Source: Paraphysomonas bandaiensis
Lineage: Eukaryota; Protista; Chrysophyceae
DNA length: 64,000 bases
NCBI GenBank assembly: GCA_965644295.1
Contig: CBFFRP010000373.1
Location: forward strand, 186,001 to 250,000
Direction: 5' to 3'
Within the stretch, counting starts at the first letter, position 1. Every line of letters begins with the position of its first letter. This document shows, in pieces, positions 25,201 to 34,724 of this stretch. Under the pieces are notes generated by a model that made no database searches, was not told where the DNA came from, and saw only the letters and a list, made by a program, of their open reading frames with translations. Both the position numbers and the translations under genes were made by a program.

Positions 25201-26230
25201 CTTTTGGCGCGATCACCAAACAAGAAGCCCACGGCGACCTACTAGGAACATAGATGTAACCACACAGTCTCCTAAACTCCTTCTCCGCATCCTCATATAA
25301 TCTAGGATTTACGGGTCTTGCCTTCGGCTTGATCCTAGGAGGCAAATTCTCAGCGAACTTGATGTTCAACGGATCCACTCCTTTTATACCTTCCCACCGC
25401 TCTGGAACAAATACCTCTACTCCCTTAGTCCTCAATAACTCCAGCACCGGTCGCGCTGCTGAGAACTCTGGAGACACGTGCTCACCAAACATATCCTCGA
25501 ACTCGCTCAAAGCTTCCTCTCTAGTCTTTCCAAGAAAACTTGAGGCAAATCCGAACTGCGAAGGGTCCGGAACATCCAATTCTTCAGGTGCTACCTCCCT
25601 ACTACTGTCACACCACGGCTGCAATAATTCTTCAACCGCATTCAACAACAAATCATCCTCGGTAACATCGTCCTCACGCCTTTTAATAAAACTTACTTCT
25701 GATTCAATTCGTTCAATAGTCCTTCCTTTAAGCATAAATAGAAAATAATCCCATAGATCCTTAACGATAGCCGGAAGTCCAATAATAATATCGTTGCTAC
25801 CCATATCAGCAACAATGAAATCCCCGTCATATAACACGAACTCTCCCTTGGAGTCTTCTCTCTCAAACCTCAATTTTAATTTCACTACAAAACTACACTT
25901 CATTCTCGACGTTTTATCGGCAAATCCTATAACTGTTTCTTTTTTTATGACTTTGTTTTCACACACATGATTTCTAAACGTCTCAAACAAATCCTTGGAA
26001 ATGAAGTTAGATGTTAGGGCTCCAGTGTCGAACAATATTCCACGCACAGATATTATATAGTTATCATCACATACAATGCTTCCCCCAGAATGAGCCAATG
26101 TCAAGTCTTTTCGTTCTCGCGTATTACAGACATTCATCAAATTTCTGAGGAAAACTCGACTAACAGTCTCAGGATCATTCAAACCGTACAATATTTCTTC
26201 GTGATCCTGCGAACCATTAGCCTCGCACAT
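22292..26230 (-). CDS. Gypsy pol: protease, RT, RNase H, integrase, chromo-like domain, extra C-terminal domain
   Basis: Protease LFDTGA; RT RICGDY, DIDLTNAFHQI, CIFDNVLL, KFFGY; RNase H TDASD, EKE, TDH, ADCLSR; integrase HxxxxGH..CINC and D/D/E (GIDAV, ISDMG, GCERI); chromo-like FKVEEILSY..FKVKY..W. Confidence 0.96.
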   Translation of the reverse strand: MCEANGSQDHEEILYGLNDPETVSRVFLRNLMNVCNTRERKDLTLAHSGGSIVCDDNYIISVRGILFDTGALTSNFISKDLFETFRNHVCENKVIKKETVIGFADKTSRMKCSFVVKLKLRFEREDSKGEFVLYDGDFIVADMGSNDIIIGLPAIVKDLWDYFLFMLKGRTIERIESEVSFIKRREDDVTEDDLLLNAVEELLQPWCDSSREVAPEELDVPDPSQFGFASSFLGKTREEALSEFEDMFGEHVSPEFSAARPVLELLRTKGVEVFVPERWEGIKGVDPLNIKFAENLPPRIKPKARPVNPRLYEDAEKEFRRLCGYIYVPSRSPWASCLVIAPKATKPFIRICGDYVQINKYIPSPHYTVPNVRHELDRIIGYKIFMDIDLTNAFHQIRLHENTSEKLSVQTPWGQFQPLFLPEGVSPGISVLQEAVVKLFGDLEWALCIFDNVLLLAHDFDDAYKKLEIFLDRCIEHGVVLKFAKTWLGFREIKFFGYLVRHNSFELTDDRKEALLKIPFPENGNRCKKIRSLLGLGVFFAPFVQNYSDLVKHLTDMTKSSFNWEETTWQHDYRQEFENYKSGLQQSCALFYPNYDLEWTLRTDASDYGVAGILFQTVEGTGSSPIQQQTIAICSKKLSEQALKWCTIEKEGFGIFYSVKKFSFYLRGKKFTIETDHNNLVWMEASEVAKIIRWRIYLQDFDFLIRHIPGKNNVVADCLSRLLYLSGFVDESDDFDSDEVNFVTLHNIFEKDDFEDDVQEIAPPTEVQRIDYYQAIKEVHNAQAGHWGAKETWKRLCRQFPGHGVPFKVVADFVDECINCQKNRRELKQRLIPITRHLKPPHSRSALGIDAVAITPVSKSGYTHIVVMVNLFTKLVCLYAVKGMTAINLATAVWKCWCTYGLTDMIISDMGPDLKSELFAELVKLSGLRHVFSIANRHVNGCERIIKEVVRHIRAICFDKRIEADAVLEDELLLATIMFILNTHESSETGYSAFELTFGSQDSIYKNLLAAQGRDNDPSHQLLKRLNDYLALVRQISADYQKSLVEKRAEAGLDPAKQNQYCPGDFVMFDAGAKPHPKLSSRMKGPFEVVRQYKNDVQIRNLLTGGIREYSVSDLEPFFGDKDSAIEAAMRDHEQFKVEEILSYTGDSRTKSTMVFKVKYADGDILDIPWTPDIQCEAYYDFCESRPYLRHLAYDSFTAKRFISSMRKENITTVSVGDTVYVDLSFYGDLWYESLGLPDYATAAYVMEFTYTHWYHKNSKRKISARFNLNGSNYAFDNYLVYCWGSQKDFEPARMILVDASLAAAYPKIIQE

Positions 26231-26233
26231 TTG

Positions 26234-27703
26234 TCAAGTCACTCCACCAGGCCTCGGCAAAATCTTTCGCGGCCCTTTGGAATCATCTGCCATCATCTGA
26301 GACAGCTTCTTCATCATCCATTTCCGGGTTTCCGTTGCAACTGCTCCATTATGACCCTGGACATGCTTACATTCCTTCCCTTTGTAGCAGTTCCCATACA
26401 ACGCATACGCAACGCAACCACGGGTTGGATTAACAGTCTTCTCTAGGTTCATCACCTGTTCTATAGCTTCCTTATCAGACTCTGGTTCGCCGAGCAACAT
26501 CTCCTCAACCTCATTCTCGAAATCATCATCTGACATCCCGTCATCCTTGACCACAACTATCGGGTCAACCTCCTTGTCATCTAAATCACTGTAGAAATCA
26601 TCCTCAACTCGGTCCGCAAACTGCACGTTGTTTAAAGATTTCGGTTTCTCCTTTGCAACGTATCCATTGTCCCGATTCCTCGAACTCCTTTGAATTTGCT
26701 TCCTACTGAAATCGGACCCTTCATAAGGCACCAATCTGATGTTCTTGGACGCCTCATAATGCTCACTCGCCTTGGAAACGTATGTATCCAGAAACTCTTC
26801 AACATTACCATAATTAGTATCCGTCACCCTTGGAATCTCAGCCAGAACTCGTTTGTTGTAAGACTCGTCGATCAACTCCAAAAATACTTGAGCCGATCCA
26901 AACTCTTTTCCTCCAACCGGCGGACACTTAGTACTATTGGCCTCCATCATGATAGTAAACGTACGCATAAAAATACTCTTTCGCTTCAAAATCTCTTGAA
27001 AAAACAGCTCATGTGTATTCGGCCGCACTGATTTCCAATCCAGTGGCTTAAAATATCTCAGCGCGTATCGCAAAGTCTCAATGAACTCAACTTTGGACAA
27101 CACCTTGGTCTCCTTAGCCATCATCTCACAGAATTTCTGAGCACTCAACTTAACAAACATTTTATCCGTCAAGCTATTGTTGAACATAAGCAGGTTCCGA
27201 ACACGCCTGCTAACTATCTGGGCTGGCTCAAGCTTAATCCCATTGATCTGTTCATATTCAAACCATTGGATGATAAACTTTGTAAAATCACTAAGCTCCA
27301 TCGAATCCAGAAAAATATGCTTATGGGATGGCTTTTCAACATTGATGATGACATGCTTTGGAACCTCCATTCCCTCTGAAGACTCAGCCTCCCTCATGAA
27401 TACAGATGTCCTTCGCTCTTTCTTCTTGCCTTTGTCGTCGGCAGCCCTGCCACTCTCTCTGGTATGTCCCTGCTGCTCTTCACGCTGGTCACGGATGGCC
27501 TCATCTACTTCCTTCTGAGCTTCCTCCAGCTCATTAACTAAAACTTCTTCATTAATAGACATTCTGGACTCCAGATTATCTACCCTACTGGCAGTTGCTA
27601 CACACAACTTAGTGACGTTCTCCAAATTGAGAGCAATTCCCCGTAACATTTCCTTAACTTCATCTAACTCAGATGAACCAACAGGACCCTCCGAATCAGA
27701 CAT
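26234..27703 (-). CDS. Gypsy gag (489 aa; coiled coil, CCCH-like finger)
   Basis: ORF directly after the 5' LTR and in the same frame as pol; C-x8-C-x5-C..H near the C-terminus. Confidence 0.88.
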   Translation of the reverse strand: MSDSEGPVGSSELDEVKEMLRGIALNLENVTKLCVATASRVDNLESRMSINEEVLVNELEEAQKEVDEAIRDQREEQQGHTRESGRAADDKGKKKERRTSVFMREAESSEGMEVPKHVIINVEKPSHKHIFLDSMELSDFTKFIIQWFEYEQINGIKLEPAQIVSRRVRNLLMFNNSLTDKMFVKLSAQKFCEMMAKETKVLSKVEFIETLRYALRYFKPLDWKSVRPNTHELFFQEILKRKSIFMRTFTIMMEANSTKCPPVGGKEFGSAQVFLELIDESYNKRVLAEIPRVTDTNYGNVEEFLDTYVSKASEHYEASKNIRLVPYEGSDFSRKQIQRSSRNRDNGYVAKEKPKSLNNVQFADRVEDDFYSDLDDKEVDPIVVVKDDGMSDDDFENEVEEMLLGEPESDKEAIEQVMNLEKTVNPTRGCVAYALYGNCYKGKECKHVQGHNGAVATETRKWMMKKLSQMMADDSKGPRKILPRPGGVT

Positions 27704-27771
27704 TTCGATATATATCTATAAACTACAATAATGATATCTTCACTTACGTGTTTTACCGTGAGTAAATTTAC

Positions 27772-28964
27772 TATGAACAACTCAGGTCTTGCAACCTAAG
27801 ATCACTGAAAAGATATGTAATGGTTGTTTGTCGAAACAACGAAACAGAAAACTATAATAATAACTCTTTAAGAAACCAACAGCCAGAAACACAAGCTCCC
27901 CTGTATCCTGCAATCTAAAGCTCCCAATAGACAGATCAGTCAACCAACTATGTTAATTTCATAGAGAATTATTATTAAAACTAAGTTACAAGCGAAACAA
28001 AAGACAGACCCCTCTAGCCTAAAGACTCCTCCTCATACACAGGACATTGAATGCAACCACAACCGTACAATGTGCTCATACATGTACTACACTACATACG
28101 ATTCTTATCCTACATCGTTTATAGTCAAAAACTCCCTGAAATACGCCTAAATAGGTCCTTTCCAAAAAACTCCGATTTTTGAGTCCAAAAACCCAAAAAT
28201 CCCCAATTTTTTGAGAATTGCAGAAAATCGCCGATTTTCGAGCCACAAACACCCAAAAATGACAATATTCGATTCCACAAAAATTGCAAGCACATTTCAT
28301 GACAACGTGAAATACACAATCGCCAACTCATGCATAATACCGACAAAATGCAATCGGGTTCAAAAGCTTACAATCGAACGGTTAAATATCATTTCCTTGC
28401 AAGAGTGTGTACTTTAGACTGGACCATACAAATACACTCATATTCAGATCACTAACATGCCCATGACACCTCTGCATCTGCGTCCAATGGCACCTTACGA
28501 ATTCCTCCCCATTCCGGAGAAAATCAACGGTGTATGGCAATGGGAAAATAATCGTATATCATAGTCCGGAACGATGAGCAAGCACATAGAGCTGTTCAAA
28601 AACATCAGAAGACTTCTCATATCGATGGGTGGACTACGAATATCGCACATGCGGTACCAATCAATGCTTCCTGACCCAAAACGCTATGACACCGACTACC
28701 GTATGGATATAGGCGTAAACCGACGGGTAGCAATCGCGTAGATCAAAGAAAACGTGTGTTCGAGGGTAAATCCTAGTTGTCTGTCGTCTTGCCCTCGTAA
28801 TAATAATCTGTATCTCTTGTTGTCACCAATCTTATACAAAACAAGCTACATATACCCTACATATTATGTTATCATATCGTTATTGCATTAATATAGTTAT
28901 CAATATTATTATGATGATGTCATTAAACGTGTTAAAGGGTGTTATAAAAGCCCACGGCTTTACA
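27772..28964 (-). repeat. 5' LTR of Gypsy (1193 bp)
   Basis: Direct repeat of 21066-22260; element-strand termini TGTAAAG...GTTCATA. Confidence 0.96.
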
Positions 28965-28968
28965 GGTG

Positions 28969-31797
28969 CGACTTACCCCGAGTGATATCAGAAGAGCTTT
29001 TGACATATATGGGAGACCGTTCGAAGCGGTGAGAGGCAAGCAGACGAATAAGAAAGTCAGCCGGCAATACGCGGATCCGGAACTGAAGGCAGAACAGCAG
29101 AAGGAGCAAAGGCTGTACACAGACATCTTCAGTGTGAGACAGCAATCGTTCATGCTCACGCTAGCGGAACCATTGGGACTAACCATCGTTACTTCACTCG
29201 AAAACGAAACAACGGATCAGTTGGGATTGGCCCTACAGGAACAAGTAAACCTGTTAAGAAGCTACGGGTACATACCGACAGTTACCTACCTGGACCCTCA
29301 GCCGGGATTCAAGGCCCTGAGAGGCAAGATCACAGGGATGGAGATTGACGTGGCAGGGGCTGGAGATCACCTGGACAAGATCGACGCGAAGATTAGGCGA
29401 CTCAAAGAGACAATACGCAGTGTACATTCAGGGCTACCATGGAACCTACCAGATGCCAACGTCAGAGACCTGGTGAGATACGCCAACAGCCGCATGAACT
29501 TGAGGAGGCCATCCACCAATGGCACAACTGTAGCACCGCGAGTGGCATTGACTGGTCGGAAACCCAATTATAAAAAGGAACTGTCACTGGCTTTCGGGGA
29601 CTACGTAGAATGCTATGACCCGAAGGTCAAGAGCAATAACGCGGAGCAGGCCAGAACAGAACCATGTATCGCGCTGTACCCATCCGGCAACGCAAACGGG
29701 AGTTGGATATTTTTAAACCTTAAAACAAATAAATATGTGAGTAGGACCAACTGGGTGAAGATGGTGACCACGCAAATAGTAATAGACGCCGTGAACAGAA
29801 TATCGTCATTGCACAACAAGTCACACTCACCTGTCACGACCAGCGAGAATGAGAGTCGAGAGATTGAGGATACCACGCCACCAGCTGAGAATGACGAGAT
29901 CGATAAGCCGAAGGAGCCTCACGAGGAGGGGCAGATGACAGCAGTTGACACAGACGAAGGGCACGGCCACACAGAAGAGAGAGAGAGAACAAAAATCACG
30001 GAACCAGTCGACGATGATGGCGACCGGGCTGATGGGCCGAGCGAACAGGAGCCGGGCGCTGCAACACCCAACGACATCGACGATCCGGAATTTACAGGGG
30101 TGGAAACTGCAGGGATGACACATAACACAAGCGAACTACTATCATCATCATCATCAGCCGGAGCAAGGATAGCGGCAGGCACAAGAAGAAAGCCCGTAAT
30201 GTATCGAGCCTATCACACAAGCGTAACCAAAGGTTTAAAGGAACACGGCAAAGAAGCCTACCTGGCGATAGTACGGGAGCTGAAGCAGCTGCTGCATGAA
30301 AAAAAGGCGATAGTTCCAGTACACCGGAGTGACCTATCAAAGACTCAACTCAAACGAACAATTCGATCGCTGATGTTTTTGAAGACGAAATACGACGGAC
30401 TCGGAAGGTTCGAGAAAATCAAGGCGAGGCTGGTTGCGAACGGGGCACAGCAGGATCGGAAACTGTACCCAGACACGTCGTCACCCACTGTGGACATACA
30501 GTCAGTATTTGCATGCCTAGCAATAGCAGCGAGAGAGGGGAGACATGTATCGACAATTGATATAGGTGGTGCATACCTCAATGCGGAGATGTCAGGCGAA
30601 GAGGTAATAATGGAATTGGAGCCGATGTTGGCCACAATACTCAGAAAACTAGACCCCACAATCCAGCCGTATGTTGATGAAAGAGGCAAAATATTGATGC
30701 GCCTAGACAAAGCGTTATATGGATGCGTGCAGAGCGCCAAGCTCTGGTACAACACGATAAGAGCTTACCTGGAGAGCATTGGTTTCGTGGCTAACCCGGT
30801 GGATCAGTGTGTTCTCAATAGGACTGTCAACGGCAAGCAGTGCACTATAACACTACACGTGGACGATCTGCTAGTGCTATCACAAGACAAGCGTGACACC
30901 GAGTGGTTGGTGGAACAACTAAAGAAACAATATGGTGAGGTAAAATACTGTGATGACAAAGACATGTCGTATTTAGGTATGCATGTGAGCATGATAGATG
31001 ACAGGGCAGTGGTGTCAATGAGGGCTTACCTAGACGGAGTGCTGGAGGAGGCAGCGGTCACTGGCAGAGCAGCATCTCCAGCGACATCATCACTGTTCGC
31101 AGAGGGCGCAGGACAGAAATTGGGGAGGAAGGAGGCTGCCAATTTCCATTCAGTGGTGGCCAAATTGCTATATCTGTCAATAAGAGTTAGACCAGACATC
31201 CTGCTCAGTATAGCGTACCTCACAACAAGAGTGAAGGGTCCGACAATCGGAGATCAGCAGAAGTTGAATCGAGTGCTGAAATACCTTGCGCACACAAGGG
31301 ATCAAGATCTGCAGCTGAAGATTGGAGAGCAGCTGCGGGTAAGAAGCTTCATCGACGCTTCGTTCGCCACCCACGAAGACGGAAAAGGGCATACAGGCGT
31401 GGTTGTACAGCTTGGAGGGGCCACAGTACTATGCCGATCAACTAAGCAACGAATCGTGACGAAAGACTCGACCGAATCCGAGCTGGTCGGCCTATCTGAT
31501 ATGATGTCTAATGCAATGAGATTACATGAGTTTGTGTGTGGGCAGGGCTATGCGCTTGACCCACCTGTTATTTATCAGGACAACTTGTCGAATCTCAGTC
31601 TCGTAACGAAAGGAGGAGGCAAATACCGATCGAAATATCTACGAGTAAGGCAGGCTTTAGTCGAAGAACACCATGATAGGGGAGACGTGAAGCTTCAGTA
31701 CTTACCTACAGGAGAGATGTTGGCTGATGTGCTGACTAAACCCCTACAAGGAAAATTGTTTCGTCATTTGATATGTCTGATCGTTGGGAACGAGTAG
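28969..31797 (+). CDS. Copia-1 gag-pol, 3' part (integrase, RT, RNase H)
   Basis: RT: KARLVANG, DIGGAYL, KALYGCVQSA, LHVDDLL. RNase H: IDASFA, STESEL, YQDN, ADVLTKPLQG. Confidence 0.95.
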   Translation, partial: RLTPSDIRRAFDIYGRPFEAVRGKQTNKKVSRQYADPELKAEQQKEQRLYTDIFSVRQQSFMLTLAEPLGLTIVTSLENETTDQLGLALQEQVNLLRSYGYIPTVTYLDPQPGFKALRGKITGMEIDVAGAGDHLDKIDAKIRRLKETIRSVHSGLPWNLPDANVRDLVRYANSRMNLRRPSTNGTTVAPRVALTGRKPNYKKELSLAFGDYVECYDPKVKSNNAEQARTEPCIALYPSGNANGSWIFLNLKTNKYVSRTNWVKMVTTQIVIDAVNRISSLHNKSHSPVTTSENESREIEDTTPPAENDEIDKPKEPHEEGQMTAVDTDEGHGHTEERERTKITEPVDDDGDRADGPSEQEPGAATPNDIDDPEFTGVETAGMTHNTSELLSSSSSAGARIAAGTRRKPVMYRAYHTSVTKGLKEHGKEAYLAIVRELKQLLHEKKAIVPVHRSDLSKTQLKRTIRSLMFLKTKYDGLGRFEKIKARLVANGAQQDRKLYPDTSSPTVDIQSVFACLAIAAREGRHVSTIDIGGAYLNAEMSGEEVIMELEPMLATILRKLDPTIQPYVDERGKILMRLDKALYGCVQSAKLWYNTIRAYLESIGFVANPVDQCVLNRTVNGKQCTITLHVDDLLVLSQDKRDTEWLVEQLKKQYGEVKYCDDKDMSYLGMHVSMIDDRAVVSMRAYLDGVLEEAAVTGRAASPATSSLFAEGAGQKLGRKEAANFHSVVAKLLYLSIRVRPDILLSIAYLTTRVKGPTIGDQQKLNRVLKYLAHTRDQDLQLKIGEQLRVRSFIDASFATHEDGKGHTGVVVQLGGATVLCRSTKQRIVTKDSTESELVGLSDMMSNAMRLHEFVCGQGYALDPPVIYQDNLSNLSLVTKGGGKYRSKYLRVRQALVEEHHDRGDVKLQYLPTGEMLADVLTKPLQGKLFRHLICLIVGNE

Positions 31798-31813
31798 ACA
31801 CATCACAGGGGTG

Positions 31814-32102
31814 CGTAGAGGAATGAGAGGATGTTCTTTTCAGTTTAGTACTTGAAGTGACTGTATAAGATATGCATAGGGCACATAGAGGTGTATGGTG
31901 TTATATTATGCAGTGTGTAGTGTACGGCTGTAGAATAGAGGCATAATTTCCTCTTACTGAGAAGTTCTGTAGTAACTATAAAGAGAACCTTGCTTTGACT
32001 ACCTGTAGTGTAGACTGTGTGAAAAGGCAACGGGGGTATTCCGTCCGTTTATTGATTTGTAACATCCGTAACATTCGACCGAGTACCGTATTTTTCTCTG
32101 CG
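31814..32102 (+). repeat. 3' LTR of Copia-1 (289 bp)
   Basis: Direct repeat of 19210-19496, followed by the TSD CGATG. Confidence 0.95.
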
Positions 32103-33215
32103 CGATGTGTGGCAGGGAATACCGCCGTATACTATTGTATAATGCTGTCCATCATTGCTGTGCTGTGGACAAGTGACGTATATGACCACTAGATCCGAGT
32201 CCTGGAATATAAAGTACAACATTATCAAAATTAATAGAGATCCCGAAGAAATGAATAATATATATCCTAGTCTCAGTACAAGTGATAGTTTTTTGTGTCA
32301 AATTCCAGTGCTAAACTGTTCGGTTGAGTGATGAAAACACGAATCTTGTACTACTTGCTCTATATAATGCACACACTGATTATTTTCAGTGACAATGTTA
32401 TATAATCACATACAAGAAGAAACTTGTTACTTAACTAGAGGAGAAAAGAAAATGACAAAAATGTCTTTATTCAAACTATCCCAACCGATTACGTATGTAT
32501 CAATCACACTAAAATACTTGCGCATAGCACTGTTTATGTAACCGCTTTCTGAAGAGAAGGCGTGTGACTTTATTGCACAGAATATACCCGCGACATATCA
32601 TAAACCCACCACACCACTTTTGATCTTCGAATTTAACGTTGTTGGTGCCATATCATCTGCAGACTGCAGAGTATGGATTATGGATATATTCCGTTTCGAT
32701 ATTTATATTGCCATGCTTTGGTTAATACTAAAATGGAATGATTTAAACTGTCGATCGGTCATAGATTAAGGCTACTCCTTCATATTATATCATGACAACA
32801 AAAGAGTATTCCTACCCATCACCAATGTCAAGACGTCAAGACAACACTCCAAATATTGTTAAATGACATGAGAAGTATCTGAGACATTTCTTTGTTGTTA
32901 TATATTCTCAAGTTAAATCGATGAAAACAATGTGTATTTAACTGCATTTATTAAAAATGCTCTACCCAACAACTCCCTGGCTTCATACACTGATTACATT
33001 GTAATCAATTGCTAATGTATTGTTCATGAACGCTGGTAATATATACTATATACCCATTTCGGAGCATTACCAAAGAACAGCGTATGACGTGTGCAATATA
33101 TTGCAAAACTCAATATATCAAGTGATATCGAAATAAGTGATGTGGGCAATAACATAGAAAAGATGTCATGGGACAGTGTATGGAGAAATAATTACATTGC
33201 AGTTTACAGTGCAGT

Positions 33216-33980
33216 TCAATTACAATGCGACTTATACTTGAAAACATAGAGCATACTTCTCGATATAAGGGATTCATCTGTACTACATGCAGATCTTCCA
33301 GATATATTTACACTATGTAACAATTCAAAGTGAGCCTGTAGGGAGTTGAAAAATTGGCTCTCTAGACTTTTATACCTTTCAGTTTGAGAAATGATGACAA
33401 GAGGAGTATGTGATTGTCGCTGTGACACAAGGACTAGAGTTTCCAAGAGTTTATACCATACAACACTATCATCTCCGTAAACTACATCCGATGCAACGAT
33501 AACATCGAATTCTGACTTTGGGCAAGCAGCTATCCTGTCTAAGCTATTTAGAAGAGGTTCAATACTCTGCCCCCACTGGTACGTAAGAGCGCACCAAGCA
33601 GAGACGTCCACATTAGCCGATATATTATCTTCGATTTGATTGACGACAGTACTTTCGCCGTCAGTGGCCACTACTATGGACCCAGCACATAACAATGTGC
33701 ACGATAGCAGACCAGCTCCTGCACCCAGTTCCAGGACATTTTTCGAATCCCAACTCCACTTCTCTACATGTTCTTCAGGAAAAGCTAAACTGGTATACCA
33801 GGTGTCTGACGTTACCAAATATTGAGCCAGTAATTCACCTGCGGGCCATAATATTCCACCAGTACCCCGCCCGCCTTGGATTATATCAAACGACCTACCT
33901 ACTCTCCCACCAATATAAATGCATTTCTTGCTTTCGTGGAGTTTTGCCAGTACAGTAGGTTCGTAAACAACCAGTGCCAT
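33216..33980 (-). CDS. METTL21-like (Methyltransf_16) protein lysine methyltransferase
   Basis: TGGILWPAG, VLELGAGAGL (SAM motif I), VATDG, YQWG, IVASDVVY (DxxY). Confidence 0.88.
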   Translation of the reverse strand: MALVVYEPTVLAKLHESKKCIYIGGRVGRSFDIIQGGRGTGGILWPAGELLAQYLVTSDTWYTSLAFPEEHVEKWSWDSKNVLELGAGAGLLSCTLLCAGSIVVATDGESTVVNQIEDNISANVDVSAWCALTYQWGQSIEPLLNSLDRIAACPKSEFDVIVASDVVYGDDSVVWYKLLETLVLVSQRQSHTPLVIISQTERYKSLESQFFNSLQAHFELLHSVNISGRSACSTDESLISRSMLYVFKYKSHCN

Positions 33981-34724
33981 CCCTCTTTAAAAGACCGCGA
34001 TAATAAACAATTTCCTCATCAGGTAACGGTACACCCTCTGCCTGCTTTTGATATAAGTCTTAGTGTACTTGTCTACCGTGGTATACGTATGTAGACAGTA
34101 CTTTTGTACGACGTAGAATACTACGTATGTGTACCGTAGAGTATCCTGTTCAAAATACGAATGTATTTTTTTGCGGGGAGCTTGGGTTGGTGATACATTT
34201 CAGTTTCATTTTTCTTCTTTGTTGAAGGTAAAATATCGTACGATTGTAATTCTGCAAAAGTCACACCACTTGATTCCGAAATTCCCGAGTTCTGATGTTT
34301 GTTTGTTTTTTCGTATGACACGACAATGCTGCTTTTGTTTTTAGCTATCCCGATATGATTACTGTCGTATCGGCATCCTTCGTATATTTTTGTTCCAAGA
34401 TGCCTCTAATATTGAGACAACAATTATGTGTATTCCAGCCGTAGTTGTACTGCAGTAATAGAGAGGATTTATGCTTCAATTTATTTCCGAAAAATAAGAT
34501 GCTGACTGCCGATACGGTTGGGTGACATACAATATCTATATGATACTCAGATTGAGATTACGGCCATGAGAACTATTGTTAGTTATTGAAATCATTGTTG
34601 CAAATAAGTCGGAACCTAAGCTATAGGGTTATTTACGTAAATTTGGTGCATTGTAGTTATTCACTACTGCGTCCAATTGTATCGTGTATTGCATGAAGTG
34701 ATCGGAATTATATAGTTGGTGTTG

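Larger units (their letters stand above)
21066..28964 (-). mobile_element. Ty3/Gypsy chromodomain LTR retrotransposon, full length, nested antisense in Copia-1
   Basis: LTRs of ~1.19 kb at 21066-22260 and 27772-28964; 4-bp TSD GGTG (21062-21065 / 28965-28968); domain order PR-RT-RH-IN-chromo; PPT next to the 3' LTR. Confidence 0.97.
19210..32102 (+). mobile_element. Ty1/Copia LTR retrotransposon (CoDi-like), full length, interrupted by a nested Gypsy
   Basis: LTRs at 19210-19496 and 31814-32102; 5-bp TSD CGATG (19205-19209 / 32103-32107); domain order gag-PR-IN-RT-RH; purine tract CACAGGGGTG before the 3' LTR. Confidence 0.96.

Noticed and set aside
26234-26236. Alternative genetic code (UGA as a sense codon)
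   Set aside because: Host genes here end normally at TGA (33216, 37509, 49325), so any readthrough would be local.
34140-34400. Possible MITE with TACGAA/TTCGTA ends
   Set aside because: The inverted match is too degenerate and no TSD was found.
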